Positions 13,550-27,344 of a DNA stretch of 64,000 bases are shown one piece after another. The stretch comes from Antedon mediterranea (taxonomy: Eukaryota > Animalia > Echinodermata), in NCBI RefSeq assembly GCF_964355755.1, contig NC_092679.1, positions 7,594,201 through 7,658,200 of the forward strand. Direction: 5' to 3'. Below the pieces are notes generated by a model. The model was not told where the DNA came from. It saw only the letters and a list, made by a program, of their open reading frames with translations, and did not search any database. Position 1 is the first letter of the stretch. The number at the start of each line of letters is the position of its first letter. The translations under genes and the position numbers were made by a program.

Positions 13550-13720
13550 AGCTTGGTTCCCACTAGAATGTAACGCAAGGACGTAAACGCAACGCAAGCG
13601 TTTTAACCAATGACAAGCGAAGTTATAGACAGTTCGCAATCACAAGCGAATAAGCCATCGCTTGTGATTGGTCAATTCACTTGCGTTGCGTTACGTCCTT
13701 ACGTTGCGTTCTGGTGGATT
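13550..13720. mobile_element. Short palindromic MITE family member; relatives at about 11210-11325, 14112-14230 and 16135-16220
   Basis: CCACTAGAA..AACGCAAGGACGTAA.CGCAACGCAAG is mirrored by CTTGCGTTGCGTTACGTCCTTACGTT..TTCTGGTGG. Relatives share the ACCAAT/ATTGGT core. Confidence 0.65.
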
Positions 13721-15776
13721 ATTCTTTTTTATAGTGTTTTTTTAGTTCATAGATTTAATTTGGGTCCGTGTTTTTTATTCATCTTCAAAAATAAATAATT
13801 GTTAACATTTATTCTTCTTTTCATTATATTATAAGTTAATGCAACTGATTTTCCTCTGTCATACTTAAATAATTTATAAATTGAGATGCAAATTAGTAAT
13901 AATATCACAGATTTGTTGTCGTTTAAATAACATTAGTTTTTTTTTTCATCCGACACACTTCATCCTTTATAAAGCTCTGTCTTCTACACTATCAAACTAG
14001 TTTGACAAAAAAATGTGCTGTGCCCAAATAGTAGTGATATGACATCATATATCCATATATGGGCACATCACATTTTTTGTCACATACAGTTTGATATGGT
14101 GTGTTTCTTTTAAGCTTGGTCCTCGTGCAATGCGAGGACGTACGCACAACGCAAGTGACTTGACCAATGACAAGCAACTTGGACTAATCCATCCCATCTG
14201 GTCAAATTACTTACGTTTTGCGTACATCCTGCAAATTATTCGTGAAGAAATGATTTCCACAAATCAAAAATCATTTTGTATATCCAATTTCAACGTGTGA
14301 AATTAAAGAAGTGAAATTAACAAATATTGAAAATCAACATTTTGTATGTGTTTGTATATATTTTTGTACCGCTTCGTTCGACGGAAAATCAGTAAAAAAT
14401 ATACAATTAAAAATAGTTCAACACGATGCCTACATTTTACCGGCAAAATTAAAAGCATTTGTTTAAATCTAGAGTAGTAGTGATATATCTACTGTAATAT
14501 CTTAAAAATCATCTTTATCCTATTTTGAACACTTTTAATAGTAAATACAATATTCTGTAATTCATGACAAGTCCTTAGTAACAGAATACGTTGCTTGGGA
14601 AAGTGAGTTATGAACATTTTATTGCGTCACATTTCAGCTCATCTCGTCCCTGGATAACATTATCAATAGCAAGTGCGTCGTAACCTTGTGTAATCTACAA
14701 CATGATATGACGCTTTTGCAGTCATAGCTATCACCAAAGCAACTCCACATACGCACATAAATGACGCCGAGCTAGGACGGACGATGAACGGCGTTCAAAC
14801 AACTCTGCTGCTAGCTCCGTGAAGAGGAGCCACGGACCTGTTCTGTCGCCTTTATCTTATTATATTATGTCGTTTTTATGGTCACTAACATCACTATCCT
14901 CTCCATAGCAACGTTTCTACACTGTGTAAACAATTTAATTGTGAGTGCTTATCAGTGAGTTGGTGCTTATGTTATAATTCTCTGCTTCTGTTGAAAGATC
15001 AGATTGAATGATGTCATTTCTATATTTGGTGCTTATTCTTGGAACAACATGGAAGAGGATGACATTAATGTCACGTACGCACACGTACACTCCCCCTCAT
15101 TCATAGCGACATCGGATGGGTCATTCCTTTTAAAAGCCGTCTTCAGTTGGAAAGATCGGCGTGGGAATAAGATCATTTTGAAAAATATTTACTAAAATGT
15201 CGACCAAAAGACATAACAAACTATTTATAAAATTCTCTTTCGATGTGTCTTCTTTCAATCAAGATCATCGTCAAGTTGATTCTTTCGTTTTATAATTCAT
15301 CTTGAATTATGAAGCGTAGACACGTGATCGAGCGTTTTCATTTCAAGTTTTACATTTTTAACCTGTAGTGAATTTTCTTGAAATGGCAGGAAATGTAAAA
15401 TCAATAACAAGAGTATAGATGTCTAGATATATTTAAACATGGACAGCATACAAAGGTCAATACAAAGGTCAACTAACGGATGACCATTCAGTTTCCAGTA
15501 GAATATTCAAATACAGTACTGGTTATAGCATCATAATCTATCTCTTGCATTAAAAGCATAATGACTCAAACATTATGAGTGCGCGCGTATCGAATATAAC
15601 AATTATATAAATTAGCTAAAAATGAATGTCAACTTTGATCAGTAAATGCGTATGCAAATTTACTGACGCGCAATAGTGAGCCAATTAACAGTGAAATCAA
15701 AATGAATGCCTAATAAACTATTAAATATGCAAATAATAGGCATTGCATATTAGCGCTCATTATGCAAACATGTAAG

Positions 15777-16789
15777 ACAACGATTCAAGTTTGTGACGTT
15801 AATTAAATGATGTGGGTGTATTAGAGTCGTTTTTGTTGCACATTAAGATCAGCTTATCACATCGTTTACTGATGTATGCTTTATAACTGCACATAGGACA
15901 GAAGTGATTAACATATATTTAACTAATCATCAACAATTGAAACTTAGGGAATCAGACGTCGATTTCCGTTTAGTCGTTTACAATTTAAATCTGTAGCGAA
16001 TGATGCACGAATGTGTATTGCTCTACAGCTATCTATACTGCTATTAAAATAAAATGTATTTGTAATACAAATGTTATTGTTCGTCTGCAATTATTGTGGG
16101 CGCATTCATTTTGTTTCCCAGTTTTTCGTCTTTCGCAGGTAATGACCAATCAGTTAGGATGACCCATCGCGTCGTGATTGGTCAAAATTCGTGCGCGTCC
16201 AAGTATGAACCCACCAAGCTTGTGTGCTTTGTTTTTATTAGTTGTTGTAGGGTCCCGAAATTCAATTATTTATCCCGACTATGGATGTATTCTGGCCTCC
16301 GATGTTGCACTTTGCTTATCATCTTCTTCTGATAAAATGTTGAATAATAACACAACGATTCAAGTTTGTGACGTTAAATAAAATTTGAAACTTAGGGAAT
16401 CAGACGTCGATTTCCGTTTAGTCGTTTACAATTTAAATCTGCAGCGAATGATGCACGAATGTGTATTGCTCTACAGCTATCTAATGCTATTAAAATAAAA
16501 TGTAATTTGTAATACAAATGTTATTCTTCGTCTGCAAATATTGTGGGCGCATTCATTTTGTTTCCCAGTTTTTCGTCTTTCGCAGGTAATGACCAATCAG
16601 TTAGGATGACCCATCGCGTCGTAATTGGTCAAAATTCGTGCGCGTCCAAGTGTGAACCCACCAAGCTTGTGTGCTTTGTTTTTATTAGTTGTTGCAGGGT
16701 CCCGAAATTCAATTATTTATCCCGACTATGGATGTATTCTGGCCTCCGATGTTGCACTTTGCTTATCATCTTCTTCTGATAAAATGTTA
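15777..16789. repeat. Local tandem duplication (447-bp offset; second copy lacks about 130 bp)
   Basis: 15937-16342 is almost identical to 16384-16789. ACAACGATTCAAGTTTGTGACGTTA occurs at both 15777 and 16352. Explains the twin ORFs 16096 and 16543. Confidence 0.92.
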
Positions 16790-17866
16790 TATTACATTAT
16801 GTGTGTAGTGTTTGCAGACTGGATCAAACTAACTCAATATAAATGTACAATCAAAGATAACCGGATGAAATTAATTAAAAGTTAAAGGTCAAATACGTGG
16901 TTTTGTTTTTTAATTTATCACAAGAAAATATTTAAATCAACCTTTAGTGGGCATTGTGAAATAAAAAGTCAGATATTAAAAATAATAGCCCTATGAAATT
17001 AATTCTTAATTTCACATTTCGTTTTCCTGTTGGTCCCAGTTTTGGTCAAATTTGAAGTAATGCGCCGTTTCCGGAATGACTCAAATTTATTGTCGAAAAT
17101 CCAGAAAATTAATACTTTTTTAAAGCGCCCTCTCTTGTCAAAAGATTAATGTTGGCCTGGGAATTTTATAATAGAGGAAGAGATGAGAAGAAAACATAGG
17201 CCCCTATCTAGGCCTATATTGTTTTAAAGAATGTCGTGGATATTTTAAAATTGCAAACATGTGGTAACTACCGTTTGATTCATAGAAGTGATTTCTGTAT
17301 TGTTAATTAAACTATAATATACAAGTAAGTTTGAAATGTATTTCTCTCGCATTTTAATAACTAGGTTAAGCAATACTTTGTATGTTTATATAGTGAGCAG
17401 CCAACAAGCGGAGCTGCTGCTGGCCGAAACGTATCCGGCCGGCCATATGCGTAGCCTACGTAGGCCTACCCTACTGAGAGGTAGGCATAGGCCTAGGCCT
17501 ACTTTGTTTAGCAGTTTATCGTCTGATTTTGGATTGGGATATGCCCCGTGACCGGCTGCTGACAACAATGACATGTGTTTGACATGCAACGTGTGCAACA
17601 GTTGTCGGAACTTAATAACCCAGTTCTTTCCTGAGTTTTTTAAAAAAGATTGCAATTACTTTTAGGCCTAATTGCATTTTTAACTTGTTTTTGTAGGCTG
17701 CATGTTCTGTGTGATGGTCTTTTTTTACACAAATGGATTTTGTTTATTTTTATACAAAGTAGTGACTGTTTATATAACAATAAGGTGAATGGTGAAAATA
17801 TTTGGCTGTGATAAAAAATAATAAATAAATTTCTGATTGGTTGACGAACATTGGCTATCAAAGTTT

Positions 17867-18376
17867 ATCACAAATAGTTTGCGCGAAACATGGTGGGAGG
17901 GGTTTGGGAGCAAATGTCACGATTTGTACGTACATGATTTGTTGTTTGTACTTATGCACTTGTCAATTGTATGACTCACTATACGACCCCCGGGAGAGGT
18001 GCGTCATGGGTGCGTCATTTACAAATAATTACTGACGCAGGGGTGCGTCAAAAAACCTAGATGGTACGTCACATCAATGAACAAGGTGTGTCAATGTCCG
18101 TCACTTTACCACCCACCATATCATAAACAACATGGTCACAGTGCGTCAAAATGGGTGCGTCATGGTCACCTAAAGGTAAGTCACCTTTTTGACGCACGGG
18201 TGCGTCATGGTATTCAAAAGTATGACGCACATCGGACAAATGACGCACCTCTCCCGGGGGTCGTATAGTGGGTCATACAATTGACAAGTGCATTACACGT
18301 CATGACGTTTGCTCCCAAACCCTTTCCATCATGCATTGTGGAATGACTTACATGCGAAACCAAGCTATTTGTGATA
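17867..18376. mobile_element. Foldback/MITE with long imperfect inverted arms and a perfect inner IR (CACTATACGACCCCCGGGAGAGGTGCGTCAT)
   Basis: Arms at about 17867-18008 and 18240-18376 are reverse complements. Internal GTGCGTCA/TGACGCAC subrepeats. Confidence 0.75.
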
Positions 18377-21300
18377 CACCTTATGCCAGTCATTGTTAGC
18401 ATTACTTGATTCCAACTTCAAAAGTTAGCAAGTGAGAAATTACTACATCTGCTAAATTGTATTCAAAATAGACTTAACTTTTCCGCAGGAAATTTGCTAT
18501 CACATTGTGTAATTGAGAGTAGATCATAAAATATCAGGATTTGTTTGTAGTTGGTGGATAACCTAGTTATCTGAAAGCATGGAATCAGATAAACAAAGTC
18601 TACATAGATTTGTTCATTAAACTTATAAACATCCTTTTTCAATTCCAAGTATTCAAATATTAACCATATGTAGGACACCTACTTTACACTAATATAGTAA
18701 TAGTACTGCAAAAAATATGATTTCTATTGTCTTCCATAATCCTTCAATTAAATGGGATGTTAACAATTATTTTAAGTAAAAATAGGTTATTCATCAAAAC
18801 GATACCTTAATTTTTCAAACTAATTTGTGTAATAGTAAATTATAATTTAACAAAGTTTTTAATAAATCAATATTTTGTTATTTATTATATAGATCAAATC
18901 TTTAGTGGTTTGTGGTAATCTTCAATTAAGGTTGAATTTTGAAATTTTAAAATCATATACTATATTATAATTATGGAGAATGTATAGTTCTGTGGTATTC
19001 AATACTGCAATTTGATGTATTACGCTTCGTCTATTTTATTGCTTGTCCCCTTACATTTAACAACCAATCAGATGTATTTATTAGCTTTATCTCTTCAGAT
19101 CTCCTTTCACTTAAGTTTGAAATAGACCATAACATATTAGACATTTGAATGGTTTTAACAAACAAATTGTGGATTACTAGGCATAGTGACTGTTTGTATT
19201 CATACGTTAAAAGATTAGTATTGCATCTAAGATTAAGTATTGGTAGTTTAGCGACGTATATTACAGTAAAAAAAAACTGTAAAATGGAAGCATTTTCCAT
19301 ACCAAACAATACCACTTGATTCTCTTACTGTATGTATTCATCATCTATCCAGTAGGGACATTCTGTAATACAGTGCTACTGTACGTGCATCTCATGTGAT
19401 TTATCTATCATCTATGTTGATTTTATACTTAGAGAGATAGACTAGTCTATGATTCTGGTATCACATGTGATACTGTATTATTGAATTTGCCTATCAATAA
19501 ACAAATTAATATTACAATATTGCTAGATTCAAATTATGAATTTTTATTAAACATAAAATACTGTATGTACAGTATGAATACAGTAGCCCTTCCAATTCCA
19601 TGGTCAAAGATCCAGCAGCTAATTAGTGCTCAGATATTGAGGCGTAAATACATGCAGATTAGGCTTAACATTGCATGTCTGGTCTCAGAGGAGTACAAGA
19701 CTCAAAAGCTCATTAATAATTGTTCGTATATTATTAGGGTGTTCCCTGTATAATACTCGTCAAGGTTACAAGCCAATTTTGTTCATTTTAAGTTGTGAAT
19801 CTTATAATTGGTGTGTTTATTTTAATTTATTTTGTAATCCCTCCTGTAAACAATTTTAAATAATTTGTTTTGATAAATTATTTGTGTTGACATTGATTAA
19901 CCACTTCAACATGAATGAACAAATAGTTAGTATAGTATCATACCTATTGAAAGGAGTCATGTCACTCCCAGAATTCGAAAAACTGCACCCAATAATAAAT
20001 GAACTATCAACTTTACAACCACCTTCTTACTGAGTTTTGGCCTTTGATTATCTATTTAAGATGTATAAGTGGCGACTACAATTTAAATGTTTGATCCAAA
20101 AACCTAAAAAAAAAAAATCTTAATACTGTACCTATTTTGAGATTTTGGTTAAAAATATTGTTAGTAATATGTTGTTAAAATGTATGTGTTTGTACTGTAT
20201 GGTACTTATTAATTGGTTATTTTCTGTATTGACTTCTTGCATTAGAGTATTCCTCTACACCCCCCCCCCCCCCACTCTCTGCTTCTCTCATGGTCCAAAA
20301 AGTACAAAAAAGGTTAATTTAATTGATTTAGGATTTGAAATTGATTTTAATCATTTAACCTTGGGTTATTCCACCTGTTCAATTATTCTTAATTTTTTAT
20401 TCATCATACTACAAGTCTGACTCATCATAAATTGATTTCTTAATGTTTGCATAATCTATTTTGTAATTAAATGTGCACTGTATTTGAACTGTAATGTGCA
20501 GTTCTTAATGCATTATTACATATTTATTAATATTATTCATTTTTCCCCAGGGTCCTTTTACCCATATTTTCTGTTCCCAAGGGTATTTTCCTGGGGGTTC
20601 TCCTCCCCAGGGCCCTCCTCTCCATTGTTCTTTTTTTTTCCAGGGTTCCTTTTCTTCCATCATATTGTTTTCTTAGAAACTACACTTTTGTTAAATGAAA
20701 TGGTACCCCTTGTTTGTCTTTCCATTTTATGCAGGGTACTTACTGTACTAATTGCATAATTCATATTTGATTCATTTTCCCAGGGACCACACTAATACAA
20801 CTAATATTATAGTTTGTAAACTCTTCTCTTTTTACCTCTTTCAACCCTTTTACTGTAACGTAAAATACATCTCACAAAAAAAATTAATCGTCATTTGCAA
20901 GGTTTTCTTTCCTCGTGTATAATTTATTTGAATCTTTTAATTGATGTAATCACAATTTGCAGCAGCAGCAGGGTTGAACTCTTTGTACAATTGTTATTTC
21001 CCAGGGACCTTTAAGTCATTTTAGATCTAGGTATAGTGTTCTATTAACTATTTTCACCTGCCATGTCTAAATAACAATCAGTAAAATTACAACTGACTTT
21101 GTATAAATTACAAAATTGTAAGCTGAAAAAAAAAGCTTTTCTTTGAAAAGAAGACATTATTTTTGTCCAATGAGTGAACTACAGAAAGATTGTTTAATTT
21201 ATCTTTCAAAAGGCATAATAACAGTATCTCTTGATGTTCTGTTGCATCGGGTATGGCCCTATGCTTCTACAGAAATGGCATGTAATAGAGAAATATATGC

Positions 21301-22207
21301 ATACATAGTTAGTACAAGATTTCAGCTGAGGGAGGAATTATAATTTGAAATGACCAAATGAATTGCACATTGATGAAATATCATTAAAAACATATTAATA
21401 TTTTATCATTACTGATACTTTATATCTCATTTGTACTTGTTATAATGTTAAAGGGCCAACTGAGACAATTATTAATTCTGGAACTGAATTATTTTTATGG
21501 TATTTGGTGAAATAAATGTTTGGAATTTGAATTTGACCTAGAAACAACAAAAACTTGTCGAGCTTCCCCATTTTTCCTCAACGAATTAACATGAAATACA
21601 GTAACTTGTTCATACAGTAGGTCGTTGATAGTTTCAAATCACTCCCAAATTAGCTAATTTAAAGACAGCTTGAAAATGACTTGATGTTAGTATTTTTAAT
21701 GAAAGTTTTATTAATAAAAGCCAGATACAATGTTTACCAGTGCATTAATGTCAGTCATATGTATCAACAAATTACATAGTTCCAGTAATCCTTGCTGTAT
21801 TAATATTATACAGTAGCAAACCTTGAAATTACCATTTCAAGGCAGAATGTGGTTTGAGGAAGAAATATTAATTGCTGATTTGTTTTAATAGTTGCTTTGT
21901 ACTATTACACTTTTGATAATAACTAACAAGTAACAAGATGGATTATTAACTAAGAAACATAACTTGCCATGCTATTCAGATTAACATTTTCTGCAAAATT
22001 TTAAAATGTACAGAGTTTATAAAAAAAAATACTGTAATGGTTTTATTAAGAGCATGATTTCTAGTTATAATAAAAATGAATCAAATTTAAATTGTTTTGA
22101 AAAGATAAAATTAATTTGTTCAATATAATTATAATTATTAGTAAATTTATCTTAAAAAAAACAATTGTTTCATAAAATATTTATTGTGTTTGTGCTGTTA
22201 CTAGAAT

Positions 22208-22241
22208 CAGGGAGTTGTTATTATCTAATAACAACTCCCTG
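22208..22241. mobile_element. 34-bp CA...TG hairpin flanked by 7-bp duplication CTAGAAT (P-element-type footprint)
   Basis: CTAGAAT-CAGGGAGTTGTTATTA-TC-TAATAACAACTCCCTG-CTAGAAT. Confidence 0.75.
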
Positions 22242-23033
22242 CTAGAATAGTGGTGAAATTTAATTAAACTTAATTTAGTGCTGTGATTACAGTTAACTAA
22301 AAAGTGTCCCTTAGGTAACTATAAATGCGTTTTACGGATTTGGTGATTTTTACTGGCACTGGCAGGCATTTCATCAGTCACTAGATATACAGTATGGTTT
22401 GTCTTTTTAATGTTATTGTATAATGCATACTGATGATGGTTGCCAATACCTTTGAATGCCAAACCTTCAATTTAATTTGATTAAATCACTTTGATTAAAA
22501 GCTATTATTTCAGTGAAGTTTACTCAGCAGTCATTTTGAATGTTTGCAGTGTACAGTAATAAGTACTGTCTATGTAATTCAATGGAAAGTGCAGTATTCT
22601 ACAATTATATAACACCTAAATAAATTCCTGTCATTTGATTGGACGAATGTGGGTCACATGGAGTGCAATAGTATGTACTATTAAACAATCGTTTAATAGT
22701 GCTTTCTTTTTCCCTTCATAGTTTCCTGTTTTAAAAGTTGTTTTTGGACATTTACTTGTTCTAGTCACTTTGATAGGTTCTCTAGTTGCAGGATATACAG
22801 ACTGAGTGAATGAAAATTTATTTGACACTCACTGATTTGATTGTTGCGCATTGTATTAAAGAAAAATGTACTGTATGTTTTGTAAATTTGTTGTAAATTA
22901 TTATCCTTTGAACACTTAATCGAGAAAAACAATTGTAATACTGTAGGTACAGTAAGAAACACTCTTCCAGTTTAAAATGCAGTTAAAAATATTCAATAAA
23001 ATATTTCAATACTACTGTACAGTAAATTTTCCA

Positions 23034-23545
23034 CCAATTACAAATAAGGTTACCTAGAGTTAGGTTTAATATCATTACACGCCAAGAACAATTGACAATT
23101 GCCTCTGAGTTAAAAATGCAATACTTCTACAGTAGCACGTATTGTATTTAAATACAAAATAAAAATACAAACAAATTATTTCTGTGTGTTTTATCTGGAT
23201 ATATAACAAACTTAGTACACAATTAAAACAACATTTGTTTGCATTTGTGTTGCCAATGACATCATCGTTTTGTTATAAATCTCTACGATATAATTTTATA
23301 TACACATCATTACCTGATAATGACGAGAAGTAAAGAAAGTGTGGCTATATTATTGGCTTTTAAAGTATTCGTTTTGTCACGCGATCTACATTGTTTAGTT
23401 GCTTTTATTGTATTGGCCAAGGGAGGAGAGTATAAATTTGGCTACTTGTCAAAATATTGACCTTGGGCTGAAGGACAAACTTATCAATTGTTCTTGGCAT
23501 GCAATGATGTTAAACCAAACTCTAGGCAAACTCATTTGTAATTGG
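23034..23545. mobile_element. Old MITE with about 65-bp imperfect inverted termini
   Basis: CCAATTACAAATAAGGTTACCTAGAGTTAGGTTTAATATCATTACACGCCAAGAACAATTGA is mirrored at about 23484-23545. Confidence 0.7.
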
Positions 23546-26039
23546 GGAACGATTTCTGCATAAAAATATAGTATAAATACCGTGAACAATCACTAATTCT
23601 CGAGATCAAATGTCATTCAGTTTTTCAATCTATACATAGATTTTCATGTTAATTTCAAACGGATATCGGTATCAATGTGAGTACAAAACCTTTTCTATCT
23701 TTGTTTTGTTGATTATCAACATATTTATTTATTATCTGTTTATATGATAAATTATTATCAAAGTTATAACATCTTTAATCCAAGAAGATTTTATCTTTAC
23801 AAAAAATTAAACTTTGTATATTTTCATCTTTCATAACTTTATTCATTCAATTATTTAAAAAATTTTTAATATGAAGTTAATGATCGAATGCTAACAAAAT
23901 TCCATGAGTTTTTGCCCTAGACTTAGTATTACATTTGTATTATGACTACTATGGCATCTTTGTTATTGTGTTGAACACTTTTATGTATAGCACTCTAAAC
24001 TGGTGGTTAAGCTTAGTACTTTCGAAGTTTCTAAGATTTTGAGTTTGATTCAAGTAACAGTACAACTGGTTGTTGTGTGAAGTATGAAAATGCAGAAAAT
24101 TGCCATTTCAATTTAGTAATTGGCAGAAAACGTTTTATCGCTTCTGGTATCTCAATTGTCACTGACAACAATACATATTGTTTTACTATTATCAATGAAC
24201 GAATAATAGATTACACTGCAGTAAAAGCCATAAATAATGTTACAATAATTGCTATAGTATTAATGACATTGATGTTCAAGGCTGTGTTACTTTAACCAGA
24301 ACATTCATATAACATCTGTTGTGTCATTTGTTGGAATTTTACACATTAAAATTTTTATAATAATAATAAAATTATTTGCGGCATAAACCAACCGATAGTG
24401 CATCGTACTGTATAATATTAAAACCAAACCAAATATCTATAGGTACATCTACAGGAAGTGTACCTATAATATACTAACTGTACAATGTTAATGTAGTGTA
24501 TAGCGCATTAAGAAAAGCAACTTTTTGATTTATAGGAATAAACGAATAGACCAAAAGTTGCTTTTATGGTACAGTAGGTCTAAGCCTAGTAACCCTGATA
24601 GTATCATGGTACAGTAGGTCTAAGCCTAGTAACCCTGATAGTATCATGGTACAGTAGGTCTAAGCCTAGTAACCCTGATAGTATCATGGTACAGTAGGTC
24701 TATCTAAGCCTAGTAACCCTGATAGTATCATGGTACAGTAGGTCTAAGCCTAGTAACCCTGATAGTATCATGGTACAGTAGGTCTAAGCCTAGTAAGCCT
24801 GATAGTATCATGGTACAGTAGGTCTAAGCCTAGTAACCCTGATAGTATCATGGTACAGTAGGTCTAAGCCTAGTAACCCTGATAGTATCATGGTACAGTA
24901 GGTCTAAGCCTAGTAACCCTGATAGTATCATGGTACAGTAGGTCTAAGCCTAGTAACCCTGATAGTATCATGGTACAGTAGGTCTAAGCCTAGTAACCCT
25001 GATAGTATCATGGTACAGTAGGTCTATCTAAGCCTAGTAACCCTGATAGTATCATGGTACAGTAGGTCTAAGCCTAGTAACCCTGATAGTATCATGGTAC
25101 AGTAGGTCTAAGCCTAGTAACCCTGATAGTATCATGGTACAGTAGGTCTAAGCCTAGTAAGCCTGATAGTATCATGGTACAGTAGGTCTAAGCCTAGTAA
25201 CCCTGATAGTATCATGGTACAGTAGGTCTAAGCCTAGTAACCCTGATAGTATCATGGTACAGTAGGTCTATCTAAGCCTAGTAACCCTGATAGTATCATG
25301 GTACAGTAGGTCTAAGCCTAGTAACCCTGATAGTATCATGGTACAGTAGGTCTAAGCCTAGTAACCCTGATAGTATCATGGTACAGTAGGTCTAAGCCTA
25401 GTAAGCCTGATAGTATCATGGTACAGTAGGTCTAAGCCTAGTAACCCTGATAGTATCATGGTACAGTAGGTCTATCTAAGCCTAGTAACCCTGATAGTAT
25501 CATGGTACAGTAGGTCTAAGCCTAGTAACCCTGATAGTATCATGGTACAGTAGGTCTAAGCCTAGTAACCCTGATAGTATCATGGTACAGTAGGTCTAAG
25601 CCTAGTAACCCTGATAGTATCATGGTACAGTAGGTCTAAGCCTAGTAACCCTGATAGTATCATGGTACAGTAGGTCTAAGCCTAGTAACCCTGATAGTAT
25701 CATGGTACAGTAGGTCTAAGCCTAGTAACCCTGATAGTATCATGGTACAGTAGGTCTAAGCCTAGTAACCCTGATAGTATCATGGTACAGTAGGTCTAAG
25801 CCTAGTAACCCTGATAGTATCATGGTACAGTAGGTCTAAGCCTAGTAACCCTGATAGTATCATGGTACAGTAGGTCTAAGCCTAGTAACCCTGATAGTAT
25901 CATGGTACAGTAGGTCTAAGCCTAGTAACCCTGATAGTATCATGGTACAGTAGGTCTAAGCCTAGTAACCCTGATAGTATCATGGTACAGTAGGTCTAAG
26001 CCTAGTAACCCTGATAGTATCATGGTACAGTAGGTCTAA

Positions 26040-26833
26040 GGTCGTGTTTATACAACACCCTAAATTTGAACACGGCTTTAATTTTTAGCGTGTTGTTCAG
26101 ACCGAGGTCAACCCACCTTAACGTTTGCTGTTATACTAGAAATCACAATACCGTGTTGTACCGGAAGTTTCATCAACACGCAGTGCATGCTAGGATAAAA
26201 GGTCAAATCGTTGATCGCTTGAATTAGCTGGGTTAAGTCAACAATCATCGTCGCCTCCTCGCTGTCCGATGTATTCGCGCGGTTTTTACCATTTTCATTA
26301 TTGTATTCGTTCACGTTTGCATTGTTGTTTATTTTGTTCTCGGTTCATTTAAATTAATAAAAGTTATTTTAAGGGTTTCATTGTTTCATCTATACACCAT
26401 GGAGGTATACCTCCATGTATACACTATGGAAGAAGATGCCATTTTTGCGATGTTATTTTTTATTCTGTTTGGAGTGGGAAACGATAGAGGCCTACTACCA
26501 CTGCGAGTTGGCCCCACTAGGCTAGGCGTAAGACGTGGTAGGAGGATGATTGCTGGGATCGGAGCGAAGCAGCAATAAATGGACCCAATCTTGTTAGCAA
26601 CGTCGCATGACATGATTGATATTACGACCTGTTTTAACGAGAGGTCAAAATATACCCTGAGGACACTTCCAACACGGTAACGGCGACCGGGAATCCACCA
26701 AATTTTAGGATTCAGCCAAGTAGCCTTTTTTGCAATTAAAATCTCATTACACGGAATCTCTTTGTTGTTATACAACACACTTCTCGTAGGCGTGTAGAAT
26801 ATGCGTGTAATAGCGTGTTGTATAAACGCGCCC
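26040..26833. mobile_element. Insertion 1: 794-bp non-autonomous TIR element, TAA TSD (PIF/Harbinger-like)
   Basis: TAA|GGTCGTGTTTATACAACACCCTA ... TAGCGTGTTGTATAAACGCGCCC|TAA (3 mismatches). Confidence 0.88.
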
Positions 26834-27344
26834 TAAGCCTATAGTAACCCTGATAGTATCATGGTACAGTAGGTCTAAGCCTAGTAACCCTGATAGTATC
26901 ATGGTACAGTAGGTCTAAGCCTAGTAACCCTGATAGTATCATGGTACAGTAGGTCTAAGCCTAGTAACCCTGATAGTATCATGGTACAGTAGGTCTAAGC
27001 CTAGTAACCCTGATAGTATCATGGTACAGTAGGTCTATCTAAGCCTAGTAACCCTGATAGTATCATGGTACAGTAGGTCTAAGCCTAGTAACCCTGATAG
27101 TATCATGGTACAGTAGGTCTAAGCCTAGTAACCCTGATAGTATCATGGTACAGTAAGTCTAAGCCTAGTAAGCCTGATAGTATCATGGTACAGTAGGTCT
27201 AAGCCTAGTAACCCTGATAGTATCATGGTACAGTAGGTCTAAGCCTAGTAACCCTGATAGTATCATGGTACAGTAGGTCTAAGCCTAGTAACCCTGATAG
27301 TATCATGGTACAGTAGGTCTATCTAAGCCTAGTAACCCTGATAG

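Noticed and set aside
24590-24597. Telomere-derived origin of the 40-bp unit (contains TAACCCT)
   Set aside because: A single 6-7-bp match per unit is expected by chance, and there is no tandem TTAGGG.
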